64,000 nt of DNA, taken from Acidobacteriota bacterium. Its GTDB lineage: Bacteria > Acidobacteriota > Thermoanaerobaculia > Gp7-AA8. Each line of letters opens with the position of its first letter. The first letter of the stretch is position 1. The stretch spans positions 340,967 through 404,966 of the forward strand of contig QHVT01000006.1 in NCBI GenBank assembly GCA_003223645.1. The letters are read 5' to 3'. Positions 36,181 through 46,116 of the stretch are shown piece after piece. The notes under the pieces were generated by a model. It made no database searches. It was not told the origin of the DNA and saw only the letters and a list, made by a program, of their open reading frames with translations. Position numbers and translations under genes: made by a program.

Positions 36181-36890
36181 TTCCAAAGCACCACAATCGC
36201 AACGATCTCGACCGCCGTCATCCAGACGCTCCCTTCCATCCCGAACCGCCCGCCCGTCATCCACCACGCGCCGCCGCCGCGCTCGATGAACACGCTCGCC
36301 TCGCCGGTGAAGCCGCTCACTTCGTCTCCGAGAATCGGTCCGCTCGTCAAATTCCACGCGAGGTGGAGGCCGATCGGAAACCAGAGATGTCCGTAACGCT
36401 CGTAGGCGAGGCCGAGGAGGATGCCGCCGAGGAAGACGTTCGTGAGGGCGAGGAGCGTGACGCCGCGGTTGCCGGCGTGCAGCAGGGCGAAGATCAGCGC
36501 GACGAAGATGTACGCGAACGGACGATTCCCGCGCAGCAGTTTCTGAAATGGATAGCCGCGGAAGAGCATCTCTTCATGCAGCACCGCGGGAATGAAGAGC
36601 GTGATGAGCTCGCGCCACGGAAATCCACGCCCCGGCGCGTGCCGTACCTCAGTCGAGAGTGTGATCAGCAGTGCGCCGCCAACGATGAGAAGAACGCCCC
36701 ACGCGATTCCGATCGCGAATTCGCGCGCGGCAGCGCGCGGCGGGATGAACAAGCCGAGGGGCCACTGTCGGCGATCCCAGATCGTGATGGTCAGCGTGGT
36801 CGCGACGGTGACGGCGATGAGACCCGCGAGCTGAAACGCAAGCCACCGGAACAGGAACAATGTGGCAACATAGAAACAAACGAACAACAA
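36144..36890 (-). CDS. CPBP/Abi (CAAX) intramembrane metalloprotease, start uncertain
   Basis: EEMLFRGY, FALLH, HLAWN. Confidence 0.88.
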   Translation of the reverse strand: MLFVCFYVATLFLFRWLAFQLAGLIAVTVATTLTITIWDRRQWPLGLFIPPRAAAREFAIGIAWGVLLIVGGALLITLSTEVRHAPGRGFPWRELITLFIPAVLHEEMLFRGYPFQKLLRGNRPFAYIFVALIFALLHAGNRGVTLLALTNVFLGGILLGLAYERYGHLWFPIGLHLAWNLTSGPILGDEVSGFTGEASVFIERGGGAWWMTGGRFGMEGSVWMTAVEIVAIVVLWKMNAECRMQNRE

Positions 36891-36956
36891 GAGCGGACCG
36901 AGATAGCCATCGAGGGCGATCGCCTTTCGACGGACCGCGCCGAGCCCGGAGGTCGC

Positions 36957-37403
36957 ATGAGGAAGTTCGCCCCTGACATCGCGGCGCTGGTCCTGCGGCT
37001 CGCCGCCGGACTGATCTTCATTCCCCACGGCTGGTCGAAGATCAGCGGCAAGGGCGCCGGCGCGTTCGCCGCCGACATCGCCGCCAACTATCACATCCCC
37101 TCGATCCTCGGGCACCTCGCCGCCTGGTCCGAGTTCCTCGGCGCGGTCCTGCTGATCGTCGGACTTCTCACCCGTCTCGATGCCTTCCTCCTCGCCGCGA
37201 CGATGTTCGTGGCCGCATTCATCGTGCAGCTTCCCGATGCGTTGTACGAGGTTCCCCCCGGATCAATCAAGATCTTCGTTGCGCTGCACGGGATCGAGCT
37301 GCCGCTGGCGCTGTTCGCGATCTGCCTCTCGCTGCTCCTCACGGGCGGCGGGAAGTTCTCGCTCGACGCGATCGTGTTCCGCCGATTCCGGCGCAAGTCG
37401 TGA
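36957..37403 (+). CDS. DoxX family protein
   Basis: SD GGAGG; HGWSKI, EFLGAVLL, GIELPL, GGGKFSLD. Confidence 0.9.
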   Translation: MRKFAPDIAALVLRLAAGLIFIPHGWSKISGKGAGAFAADIAANYHIPSILGHLAAWSEFLGAVLLIVGLLTRLDAFLLAATMFVAAFIVQLPDALYEVPPGSIKIFVALHGIELPLALFAICLSLLLTGGGKFSLDAIVFRRFRRKS

Positions 37404-37648
37404 TCCGCATCGTCGCGCGCGTCGTCGCGATCGCGCTCGTCGCGCTGCCTGTTACGTTCGTCGTGACGTTTCTGCTGATGCCGCTCTGGTCGTGGATCGA
37501 GTCGCGATTCCACATCGAGTCGGTCGGGCACTCCGGTCCTGCGAACTGGTGCTTCTTCATCGTGTACGCCACGCTGGTCGTGATCGGACTGGCGCTTCAA
37601 TATCGAAGAATGCGCTCCAGCGGCCCTCTATACAAATCGTCATCCTGA
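37400..37648 (+). CDS. Small membrane protein
   Basis: Two TM segments, GTGA overlap, ESVGHSGPANWC. Confidence 0.65.
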   Translation: MIRIVARVVAIALVALPVTFVVTFLLMPLWSWIESRFHIESVGHSGPANWCFFIVYATLVVIGLALQYRRMRSSGPLYKSSS

Positions 37649-37732
37649 GTCGGCGAAGCGCAACGAAGGATCTCGAAATGCGAAGAGCCTGCAATTTAGA
37701 GATCCTTCGCCGTCTACGCGGCTCAGGATGAC
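37639..37732. repeat. Family-B palindromic element GTCATCCTGAG...CTCAGGATGAC
   Basis: Perfect 11-bp terminal inversion plus inner GAAGGATCTC/GAGATCCTTC. Confidence 0.85.
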
Positions 37733-37768
37733 GAGCAACACAACGCTCAGAGCGGTCCTGGTTGCTTT

Positions 37769-37796
37769 GGACCTTGGTAACTTGTTACCATGGTCC
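37769..37796. promoter_or_regulatory. 28-bp palindromic operator overlapping a -10 box
   Basis: GGACCTTGGTAAC-TT-GTTACCATGGTCC immediately before ATG. Confidence 0.65.
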
Positions 37797-37797
37797 C

Positions 37798-38055
37798 ATG
37801 GCAACAAAAACAATCGAGCGCCAGCAGATCGGCGTCCGCATCGAAAAGCGGCTCATGAAGGTGCTCAAGGGACTGGCCGAGTATCACGACATCTCTCTGG
37901 GTGACCTTCTCGAAGGAATCGTGTTGCACACCTTCGAAGGGAAGGCGCCGTTCGGGAAGGAATCGATCCGCAAGATCGGAGAGCTGAAGAAGGTCTACGG
38001 ACTCGATCTCACCAGCGCGGACGCGCACAAGCTCGTGGAGAAGAAGCAGCGATGA
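37798..38055 (+). CDS. Small RHH-like DNA-binding protein
   Basis: QIGVRIEKRLMKVLKGLAEYHDISLGDLLE. Confidence 0.75.
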   Translation: MATKTIERQQIGVRIEKRLMKVLKGLAEYHDISLGDLLEGIVLHTFEGKAPFGKESIRKIGELKKVYGLDLTSADAHKLVEKKQR

Positions 38056-38450
38056 ATGAGCTCGTCACGCGTTTCGAGGACCTCACCCTCCCCGCCTCCG
38101 AGTTCCATCACCCGCAGCACGTGCAGGTGGCGTGGGAGTATCTGCGCGAGGAGGCGTCGCCGGCGGACGCGCTGCGCCGCTTCGTCGACAACCTTCGCCG
38201 CTTCGCGTCGCACAACGGATCGCCGCAGCTCTATCACGAGACCATCACCTGGGCGTACCTCGTGCTGATCCGCGAGCGGATGGCGCTCGCGTCGCACGAT
38301 GATTGGGCGTCGTTCGCGCGCGACAACGCGGATCTGCTGACGTGGAAGCCGTCGATTCTGGAGCGGTACTACACGAGCGAGGTGCTGTATTCGGATCTGG
38401 CGCGGCGGGTGTTCGTGTTGCCGGATCTTTCCAATTTATCCCGCGCGTAG
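38052..38450 (+). CDS. Hypothetical protein (132 aa)
   Basis: ATGA overlap; FHHPQH, YHETIT, LERYYT..FVLPD. Confidence 0.8.
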   Translation: MNELVTRFEDLTLPASEFHHPQHVQVAWEYLREEASPADALRRFVDNLRRFASHNGSPQLYHETITWAYLVLIRERMALASHDDWASFARDNADLLTWKPSILERYYTSEVLYSDLARRVFVLPDLSNLSRA

Positions 38451-38574
38451 ACGCGGGATCTCCGGCTGTCCCGCGCTGAATGAAACCGACGCGCGGCGAC
38501 TTGTGGAGCGGCGCCCGCCCTCGGGCGCCGACTCTCGCGAGAATCCGGCGGCCGAGGGCGGCCGCCGCTCCACA
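38435..38574. repeat. Family-B-like half element (TTTATCCCGCGCG..GGGATCT) plus TGTGGAGCGGC...GCCGCTCCACA REP-like palindrome (38502-38574)
   Basis: Arm matches 42898 and 60143; second palindrome directly visible. Confidence 0.7.
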
Positions 38575-38608
38575 GGAACGTTGCGAGTGGCATCGTTCGC
38601 GGCCGGAC

Positions 38609-38639
38609 AAAAACAAAACGGCGGGCTGAAAGCCCGCCG
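38609..38639 (-). terminator. Intrinsic terminator of the tonB/exb operon
   Basis: CGGCGGGCT/AGCCCGCCG hairpin + TTTTGTTTTT on minus strand. Confidence 0.85.
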
Positions 38640-38663
38640 CTCACTTTCAAACTGAAATATGCG

Positions 38664-39092
38664 CTATTGCGGAATCGTCGCTGAGGCCGTCGGGTCCTCG
38701 ACGATGATACCGATGTTCTTCGCGCCGGATTGACGGGCGAGGTCGAGGAACTTCAACGTGCTGTCGTAGTCGACGTCGCGCGCGCCGGAGAAAAACACCA
38801 TCTTGGCCGGGTTCCCGCGCATGATCTCGCGGATCCGGTTCGGGAACTGGTCGATGCCCATCTCTTCCTTGTTGATCAGAACGCGGTTGTTTTGGCCGAG
38901 CCGGAGAACGATCTGGTCCTGCACCGCGGACGGAGGGAGGTTCGCGGGTGCTTTGGGCGGGACCTTGACCAGATAGCCCATCTGCACGACCGGCGTGAGA
39001 ACCATGAAGATGATCAGAAGCACGAGCACAACGTCCACGAGAGGCGTGACGTTGATGTCCGACTTTACGTTACCGCTGCCGCCGACTTGCAT
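38664..39092 (-). CDS. exbD: ExbD/TolR family protein
   Basis: INVTPLVDVVLVLLIIFMV. Confidence 0.9.
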   Translation of the reverse strand: MQVGGSGNVKSDINVTPLVDVVLVLLIIFMVLTPVVQMGYLVKVPPKAPANLPPSAVQDQIVLRLGQNNRVLINKEEMGIDQFPNRIREIMRGNPAKMVFFSGARDVDYDSTLKFLDLARQSGAKNIGIIVEDPTASATIPQ

Positions 39093-39093
39093 G

Positions 39094-39546
39094 TTAAGTA
39101 GCTCCTCCGGCAGAAACGGAGTCCTTCGGTTGCGCGATCAGACCGACGTCATTGAAACCGACCTCGCGGCAGGCCTTCAACACGTCGAGCACGTCGCCGT
39201 ACTTCACCAGCTTGTCGCCCTTCACCGCGATCTCGCGATCGGGCGTATGCTGATAAATCTCCTTGAGCGACGACTCCACTTCGTCCTTCCGGATGACGTT
39301 CGGTCCCAGATAGACCGAGCCGTCCGCCTTCACGGAAATCTGCAGCTGCTTTTCCGTATCCGGAGTCTTCTCCGGTTGCGTAGTGACCGGAAGATTCACG
39401 GCTACACCCTTTTGCAGCATGGGAGTGACGACCATGAAGATGATCAGCAGCACCAGACAGACGTCGACCAGCGGCGTGACGTTGATGTCGGCGTTCAGAT
39501 TGGTCTTCTGAAACTTGCCGACCGAGCTATGCCACCGATTTTTCAT
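39094..39546 (-). CDS. exbD: ExbD/TolR family protein (start uncertain)
   Basis: INVTPLVDVCLVLLIIFMV. Confidence 0.9.
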   Translation of the reverse strand: MKNRWHSSVGKFQKTNLNADINVTPLVDVCLVLLIIFMVVTPMLQKGVAVNLPVTTQPEKTPDTEKQLQISVKADGSVYLGPNVIRKDEVESSLKEIYQHTPDREIAVKGDKLVKYGDVLDVLKACREVGFNDVGLIAQPKDSVSAGGAT

Positions 39547-40216
39547 TTCCGCCAGTTTCCTTCAGGAAGTAGATCGCCATCTCCGAGCCGGAATTCGACA
39601 TCTCGACGGTGAAGCGATCGATGCGGTTCTGGAAGTAGTTGTAGGCCCACACCGCGGGAATGGCAACGCCGAGTCCGAACGCGGTAGTGATGAGGGCCTC
39701 GGCGATACCGGCCGAAACCGACGCGATACCACCGCCCGAGGTGGCCATCTTCTCGAAGGCGTGGATGATGCCGATGACGGTGCCGAGCAGGCCGACGAAC
39801 GGCGCGGTCGCGCCGATGGTGGCGAGCACGCCGAGGTTCTCTTTCAGCTCGGCGACGGTGATCATGGCGGTGCGGTCCATGCCCTGGCGCGCGGCTTCCA
39901 CGGCGACTTCCGTGTCGGCGGTGCGCTTGTCGCGGCGCGAGGCCTCGAACTCCAGCAGGCCGGCGGCGATGACCTTGGCCAGGTGCGAGTTCTTGTACTT
40001 CTTGGTCACCTCGATGGCCTGACCGTACTCGCTGCGAGTGAGCAGGTTCGTGAGCGCGCCGAGCAGCTTGAGCGACTGGGTCTTCGCTTTCTGGAAGACG
40101 ATGAAGCGCTCGATCATGACCCACAGGGAGTAGATCGACATGATAGCCATGATGATGACGATGCCCTTGGCGATGGGCGACATCGAAACCCAGAGCGAGC
40201 TGAGACTCATATCCAT
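39527..40216 (-). CDS. exbB: MotA/TolQ/ExbB proton channel
   Basis: APFVGLLGTV, GIAEALITTAFGLGVAIP. Confidence 0.92.
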   Translation of the reverse strand: MDMSLSSLWVSMSPIAKGIVIIMAIMSIYSLWVMIERFIVFQKAKTQSLKLLGALTNLLTRSEYGQAIEVTKKYKNSHLAKVIAAGLLEFEASRRDKRTADTEVAVEAARQGMDRTAMITVAELKENLGVLATIGATAPFVGLLGTVIGIIHAFEKMATSGGGIASVSAGIAEALITTAFGLGVAIPAVWAYNYFQNRIDRFTVEMSNSGSEMAIYFLKETGGNEKSVA

Positions 40217-40273
40217 AAAGCAGTTCCCTCCGTTACGCGTCCGGCACCTCGACGAGGTGCCGGATCGAAATTT

Positions 40274-41017
40274 TTAGTTCAGTTTGAAGTTGACGGTGAG
40301 GTTGAAGATGACGTCGACCGGCTGTCCGTTGAGCGTGCCCGGTTTGAATTTCCACTTCTCCACGGCTTCGGCCGCGGCCTGATCGAGACCGAACGGCAGC
40401 GGCTTGAGTACTTTCACGTCGCGCACGTTGCCGTTCTTGTCGATGACACACTCGACGATCACGATGCCGGAGATGCGCGCCTTGCGCGCGACTTCCGGAT
40501 AGTGCGGCTCGACGCGGTTGATGACGACCGGCGCCTTGACGTCGCCGCCGACGCGCAACGGTGCGGTCTGCACCGGTGGCGGCGCGGTATCGGTCACGAT
40601 GCCGCCGACGACTCCGCCGACCACACCACCGACGACGCCGCCTTCGACGCCGCCTTCGACACCACCTTCAACACCTGCTTCGGTCGATGCCGTCTCGACC
40701 GGCTTCACTGCATCAGGGACGACTGTGGGTGCGAGGTTCTGGAGATCTCTCGGGATTTCGACCGGCTTCACTTCGACCGGCTTCACCGACGCAGCTTTGG
40801 GCGGCGGCGGTGGAGGAGGCGGAGGCGGAGGCGCGGCCGCGACGGAGTACTGCGCGACCTGCGCGGGAGAGTTCGTCGGGAACTCGACGTTCCAGACCGC
40901 GCCGAAAATCAATCCGGCGACGACGACGACGTGCAGCCCCAGCGACACCGGAAGAGTCAGATACTTTTGAATTCCGACTTTCTGTTTTTTCGATTCGACG
41001 ACTGTAGATTCGAACAT
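40274..41017 (-). CDS. tonB: Energy transducer TonB
   Basis: SLGLH TM, poly-Pro, GGVEGGV repeats, YPEVARKARISG. Confidence 0.92.
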   Translation of the reverse strand: MFESTVVESKKQKVGIQKYLTLPVSLGLHVVVVAGLIFGAVWNVEFPTNSPAQVAQYSVAAAPPPPPPPPPPPKAASVKPVEVKPVEIPRDLQNLAPTVVPDAVKPVETASTEAGVEGGVEGGVEGGVVGGVVGGVVGGIVTDTAPPPVQTAPLRVGGDVKAPVVINRVEPHYPEVARKARISGIVIVECVIDKNGNVRDVKVLKPLPFGLDQAAAEAVEKWKFKPGTLNGQPVDVIFNLTVNFKLN

Positions 41018-41038
41018 GTTCGTCTCTCGCTTGGGTAC

Positions 41039-41869
41039 TTAACCCTGTTTGCCTGCGGCCGCGGTGGCCTCGGCTTTCTTCTTGCGGACGATCGCGATGG
41101 CCTCGTCGCGAATGCGGTTCGCTTCGGCGACGAGCTGCTGCTGTTTCACCGGATCGGTCTCGAGCGGAGCCTGCTGACGGAACAGCAGACTGTAATAGAC
41201 CATCGCCTCGAAGTAGTCCGCCTTGAGTTGAATCGCGCGTTGCAGCGCGACCTTGCCTTTTTCGATGATGGCCAGCCGCTCGCCGATGTCGGCGGGCGGA
41301 TTCTTGGCGACTTTCTCGTAGCAAACGACGCCGTAGGTGTAGAACGCCTCGGGATTCTTGGCGTCGAGCATCGTGATCTTCGCGTACCAGTTCAGCGACT
41401 GGTTGAAGTCACCCTGCTTCGCATAGAGCGTCGCGACCGAGCGCACGGCTTCGAGATCGTTGGGGTGGGTCTTGATCCACTCCTGGAAGTAACCGATCGC
41501 ATCGGTGATGCGGTCGGCGTTGAGATAGAGATTGATGAGCGCCTCGCGCGCGATGCGATCCTCGGGTTGTTTCGCGAGGTACTGCCGCAGTTTGACGACC
41601 GCCGCGTCGGCGTTCTTCACGTTCGCCGCCGACTTGTCTTCCGGAACGTACAAACCGATCAGGGAGTAGCCGATCATGCGATCGAGCTCGGGGAAGCTGT
41701 TGTCCAGCTCTTCCGCCTTGCGGTAGTGCTGGAGAGCCGTCGCCCATTCTTCGCGCGTGTACGCGTCGTTGGCGTCGCGGATCTCCATCCGGGCTTGGAC
41801 CTTCCGGCATCCGCCCAGAGTTAATAGGGAAAGAGAAAGTGCCATCAAAAGGCACAGCTTCTTTTTCAT
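41039..41869 (-). CDS. TPR lipoprotein
   Basis: Lipobox LGGC; TPR helices. Confidence 0.85.
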   Translation of the reverse strand: MKKKLCLLMALSLSLLTLGGCRKVQARMEIRDANDAYTREEWATALQHYRKAEELDNSFPELDRMIGYSLIGLYVPEDKSAANVKNADAAVVKLRQYLAKQPEDRIAREALINLYLNADRITDAIGYFQEWIKTHPNDLEAVRSVATLYAKQGDFNQSLNWYAKITMLDAKNPEAFYTYGVVCYEKVAKNPPADIGERLAIIEKGKVALQRAIQLKADYFEAMVYYSLLFRQQAPLETDPVKQQQLVAEANRIRDEAIAIVRKKKAEATAAAGKQG

Positions 41870-42173
41870 TTGATTCCGAACTCCCTGATAGGTGATCGCA
41901 GACTTCTGCAGGGGGCGCTGTCAGGCTGCTTCCCGGCCTGCGCCAGGCAATGGTGAGCGAATATACAGATCGACCTGTTCACCGTCAACCCAATTGGTAA
42001 TACCTGAAACCGAAAGTTTTAGCCAAGAAACGTCACTCCCAAAAACACATTTTTTATGGCGGCCTGACCGTGCGCACAACGTCCCCCTCGAACGTTCGAC
42101 ACACGGTCATCGAGAAAGGAAACCATGCGTGATACGGACCAGACTGTGCGACCGGATTCAGGCGACGGCGTCA

Positions 42174-42875
42174 TCAGTAACTCGGCTTGTGCTCCATCGT
42201 CAGCTCGCTGATCGCGGACCACAACTCCGGGAACTGCGGCTCGCGCGTGCCCGCGTCGAGCTGCGCGGCAGGAACGCCTTTCAACGAAAGGACCCTGTCG
42301 CCGATGATCCGGAACGCGAGGCGCATGTGCGAGAAGCGCCATTTGATGAAGGACTCGTCGTAGTCCATCATCGCCTGCAGCAACCGGAACGCCGCGTAGT
42401 GTTTGCGCGGCTCGCGCTCGATCTCGATCACGCTGATCGATCTGCGCGCGATCGCCTCGCGAAAGCGCGGCCAGATCCGCTTGCCGACATCGAGCAGGCG
42501 ATTGAATCCCGGCGACTCCTGACCGCTTCCGCGTCCCAGGGATGTCGTGCGGATCTGGTGATAGTCGACCGGCGCCATCGTCTCGAGGATGAGGATCTGT
42601 TCGCGAAGCAGATCGACGATCAACCGGCAGCGGTTCAACAGATCGGCGGCGAGCTCGATCTCATCCGCATCGATCGCCGCCGCCGCGCGATTCACTTCGT
42701 AGTCGATGTGATGCAGCCAGAGCTCCGCGGTTTGATGCGTGACCTGGAAGAGGCGCTCTTCCGGATTCGACAGTTTGTCGATCGGTTTCTGCAGGTCGAG
42801 CAGCTCGGGGACGCGGACGTATCGCTCGTAGTCGGAGTCGCCGCGGCCTTCTAAAATCGGACCGGTGTGGGACAT
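42174..42875 (-). CDS. Tryptophan 2,3-dioxygenase family protein
   Basis: FQVTHQTAELW, LETMAP, SGQESPGF, FPELW. Confidence 0.85.
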   Translation of the reverse strand: MSHTGPILEGRGDSDYERYVRVPELLDLQKPIDKLSNPEERLFQVTHQTAELWLHHIDYEVNRAAAAIDADEIELAADLLNRCRLIVDLLREQILILETMAPVDYHQIRTTSLGRGSGQESPGFNRLLDVGKRIWPRFREAIARRSISVIEIEREPRKHYAAFRLLQAMMDYDESFIKWRFSHMRLAFRIIGDRVLSLKGVPAAQLDAGTREPQFPELWSAISELTMEHKPSY

Positions 42876-42897
42876 GCGGCGCGGATCATACCCTCAG

Positions 42898-43005
42898 TTT
42901 ATCCCGCGCGAAGACGCGGGATCTTCGGTGGCACCGCGCGGCTCGCTTTGTTCGGATTGATCGTACCGGTATGACGAGAGATCCCGCATCTGCGCGCGGG
43001 ATAAA
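42898..43005. repeat. Family-B-like palindromic element TTTATCCCGCGCG...CGCGCGGGATAAA
   Basis: 13-bp perfect terminal inversion; copy at 60143. Confidence 0.85.
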
Positions 43006-43007
43006 CT

Positions 43008-44210
43008 TCAGACCAGTTCGAGAATGTGGCCCAGCTTCTTCTTCTTCGCTTCGAGATACTTTCGCGTCGTCTGCGACGGCGCGATCTCGAGCGGCACGCG
43101 CTCGACGATCTCGAGGCCAAAGCCTTCGATGGCGACGAACTTCGCGGGGTTGTTCGTCATCAGGCGAATCTTGCGAACGCCGAGGTCGCGGAGAATTTGC
43201 GAGCCGGTGCCGTAGTCGCGGATGTCGGGGGCGAAGCCGAGCTTCGCGTTCGCCTCGATCGTGTCGGCGCCCTGGTCCTGCAGCTCGTACGCGCGCAGCT
43301 TGTTCACGAGTCCGATGCCGCGCCCTTCCTGCAAGAGGTAAAGGACGACGCCTTTGCCTTCCTTCTCGATGAGCGCGAACGCGCGGTCGAGCTGATCGCC
43401 GCAGTCGCAGCGCGTCGAATGAAAGACGTCGCCGGTGAGGCACGACGAGTGGACGCGCACCAGCACGTCGTCGTCTTCCCTGATCTCGCCTTTCACCAGC
43501 GCGACATGCTCTTCGCCGGTGATGTCGCTCTTGTACGCGTACACGCGGAAGTCGCCGTAATCGGTCGGCAGCGTCGGCGACGCGAGGCAGTGGACGTGCC
43601 GCTCCGTCTGCATCCGATATTTGATGATGTCGGCAACGGAGATGATCTTGAGGCCATGCTGAATCGCGAACTCGCGGAGGTCCGGGAGCCGCGCCATCGT
43701 GCCGTCTTCATTCATGATCTCGCAGATCACCGCGGCCGGATTCATGCCCGCGATTTCCGCGAGGTCGACCGACGCCTCGGTCTGCCCTGCCCGTTTGAGC
43801 ACGCCGCCTTTGCGCGCGCGCAGGGGGAACACGTGACCGGGACGCGCGAGATCGTGCGGACGCGTCTTCGCATCGATCGCCACGCGCACCGTCTCCGAAC
43901 GATCGGCCGCGGAGATGCCGGTGGTCACGCGTCCGCGCGCTTCGATCGAGACCGTGAACGCCGTGCCGAAGTTGGTCGTGTTGTTCTCGACCATCAGCGG
44001 CAGATCCAGCTCGTTGCAACGCTCCTCGGTCAACGCGAGGCAAATCAGTCCGCGGCCGTTCTTGGCCATGAAGTTGATCGCCGCGGGCGTGACCTTCTCC
44101 GCGGCTATGCAGAGATCTCCCTCGTTCTCGCGGTCTTCGTCATCGACGATGATGACGAACTCTCCGCGGCGGTAGATCTCGGCGGCTTCCTGGACGTTGG
44201 CAAAGGGCAT
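43008..44210 (-). CDS. ribBA: DHBP synthase / GTP cyclohydrolase II
   Basis: [29 protein letters not shown]. Confidence 0.97.
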   Translation of the reverse strand: MPFANVQEAAEIYRRGEFVIIVDDEDRENEGDLCIAAEKVTPAAINFMAKNGRGLICLALTEERCNELDLPLMVENNTTNFGTAFTVSIEARGRVTTGISAADRSETVRVAIDAKTRPHDLARPGHVFPLRARKGGVLKRAGQTEASVDLAEIAGMNPAAVICEIMNEDGTMARLPDLREFAIQHGLKIISVADIIKYRMQTERHVHCLASPTLPTDYGDFRVYAYKSDITGEEHVALVKGEIREDDDVLVRVHSSCLTGDVFHSTRCDCGDQLDRAFALIEKEGKGVVLYLLQEGRGIGLVNKLRAYELQDQGADTIEANAKLGFAPDIRDYGTGSQILRDLGVRKIRLMTNNPAKFVAIEGFGLEIVERVPLEIAPSQTTRKYLEAKKKKLGHILELV

Positions 44211-44224
44211 CGGACGATTGTACG

Positions 44225-45733
44225 TTACTGGACTACTTTGAACGTCTCCTTGAGGGAGTACGAGCTCTTCTTCACCGTGTCGATGACCTTGACGGTGAAC
44301 GTGTAGTCGCCGGGCTTGAACGTCTGCAGCGGAATCGCGCTGCCGATCGCGAAGTGATTCGGCACGCCCTTCACCGGTGTCGCCGCGACTTCCGACGGCG
44401 GCGCCGTCATCTTCGTTTTCTTACCCGTCGCGTCGGTGCCTTCGACGTCGAGCTTCACCTGCACCTTCGGTTCCGTCTCGCCTTCGGCGATGCCGGGATT
44501 GCGCAGCTCGACGAAGTACCAGAGGTCATCCGTGGGACGGAACGTGCGGTCGCCCTTCGGCACGACTTTCAGTCCGCCGAACGCATACGGATCGGTCGGC
44601 GCCTGCGCGGCGCTGAGCGGATAAATATTGTTGGCGAGGATGAGCTGCGACGACGACGTCGCGTCCTTCGCGAGTCCGGTCAGCTCCATGTCGGCCGCGA
44701 CGAGCGAGACCTTGCCGGCGTCGGAGACGCCGAAGTAGCCGCGATATTTTCCGGGAGGAAGCGTGAGCGACTTGTCGAGGAAGAAGTCGTCCTTCGTCGC
44801 GACCGGCTTCGCCGGCTCTTCGAAGGCGGCGACGTTCTTGCCGCTCGCGTCTTCGACGACGCCGAAGAACGTCGCGCCTGTTGCAGGCGCGGACCCTTGC
44901 GGGATGTAGAGGAGCACCGGCGCAAAGTCGATGCCTTCGCCGGTCAGATATTCGCCGGTCGTCGCGTAGATCGGCTTTGCACTCTTGCCGCTCTTTTTAA
45001 ATTCGGCGACGGCGGTTTTCAACGCGTCCGTCGTCAGCTCCGTCGGCGCGGGAGGATTCGGAACGACCTGCGCGATCGGCACAGGTGCCGGCTGCGCTGT
45101 CGGGGCCGCGAACGTCGGGACTTCGGTGAGGTTCGGCTGCTTGATCGCCGCCGCGATCGCGCGCTGCTGCGAGCCGCCGATGTCGAGCGAGCGCTCGATG
45201 CGAAACTCGTGACGTCCGAGGCGGTCGATGAAGCGGAGCTGCGTGCGCGGCGCGGTGAAGATCGACTTGGTCGCGTCGCCTTCATAGGTCCAGATGTACA
45301 TCTCCGCGCCCTGCTTCTCGTCCTCGACATCGCTCGCGGTCGTGCCGGTGTGCGGCGCGACGAGATTGGCGCCGCTGTGCTCGAGCTTCGACGGCTGGCC
45401 GTAGAGGATCAGCGCCTTGCCGCGGTCGGTCAGCGACCCTTTGGTTTTTCCTTCCGTGAAATTCGCGTCCGCAGCCGCGACGCGCGCGTCGAAGTCTTCA
45501 TGAAATTCGTTGCGCGGCGTGGACGGCGTCGGATCGCGGCGCGCCCAGAACAGCGCGATGAACTTCTCCGCGGCGTCGTCCGTCGAGACCGCCTTCCACT
45601 GCGCGATCTCTTCCTTCGTCATCAGCACCGCCGCCGGTCCCTTGCCGAATGCGGCGTGCTCGGGTGTGAGCGCGGAGGCGCTGACTGCTACGGCCGCGGC
45701 CGCCGCCGCGAGAACGATGTTGCGGATGTTCAT
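44225..45733 (-). CDS. Secreted GWxTD-domain protein
   Basis: FWARRDPTP..NEF, GSLTDRG..YGQP. Confidence 0.85.
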   Translation of the reverse strand: MNIRNIVLAAAAAAVAVSASALTPEHAAFGKGPAAVLMTKEEIAQWKAVSTDDAAEKFIALFWARRDPTPSTPRNEFHEDFDARVAAADANFTEGKTKGSLTDRGKALILYGQPSKLEHSGANLVAPHTGTTASDVEDEKQGAEMYIWTYEGDATKSIFTAPRTQLRFIDRLGRHEFRIERSLDIGGSQQRAIAAAIKQPNLTEVPTFAAPTAQPAPVPIAQVVPNPPAPTELTTDALKTAVAEFKKSGKSAKPIYATTGEYLTGEGIDFAPVLLYIPQGSAPATGATFFGVVEDASGKNVAAFEEPAKPVATKDDFFLDKSLTLPPGKYRGYFGVSDAGKVSLVAADMELTGLAKDATSSSQLILANNIYPLSAAQAPTDPYAFGGLKVVPKGDRTFRPTDDLWYFVELRNPGIAEGETEPKVQVKLDVEGTDATGKKTKMTAPPSEVAATPVKGVPNHFAIGSAIPLQTFKPGDYTFTVKVIDTVKKSSYSLKETFKVVQ

Positions 45734-45770
45734 TCGGTCTCCAGTACGTGCTAGTCGCGAGCGGAAACGG

Positions 45771-45965
45771 TCACTGCTGCTCGAAATCTTCCATCTCGTC
45801 GTAGAGGCGGTCCATCTCGGCGTCGATCTCTTCCTGCTTGAGAATGCCTTTGCGGACGAGAAGCGCGGCGAGGCTGTGCAGCAGGATGCCGTTCTCGATG
45901 ATCATCTGCTCGATCTGTTCGTCTTCATCTTCAAAGTCGCCGTCGGTGCGTTCGATATCGTCCAT
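45771..45965 (-). CDS. Small acidic hypothetical protein
   Basis: SD AAGGAG; LLVRKGILKQEEI. Confidence 0.7.
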   Translation of the reverse strand: MDDIERTDGDFEDEDEQIEQMIIENGILLHSLAALLVRKGILKQEEIDAEMDRLYDEMEDFEQQ

Positions 45966-46000
45966 GGCCTTCTCTCCTTGGGCGAGCGGTGTATCACAGG

Positions 46001-46100
46001 AAAGCAGAAAGCAGAAAGCAGAAGGCAGAAAGCAAAAACGGTGGCTTTGACAGGCATTGGCGGTGTTCTTTCTGCTTTCTGCTTTTTGCTTTCTGCTTTC
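46001..46100. repeat. Inverted heptamer repeats (AAAGCAG)n...(CTGCTTT)n between divergent genes
   Basis: Directly visible. Confidence 0.85.
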
Positions 46101-46116
46101 AATACAATCCGCCGCG

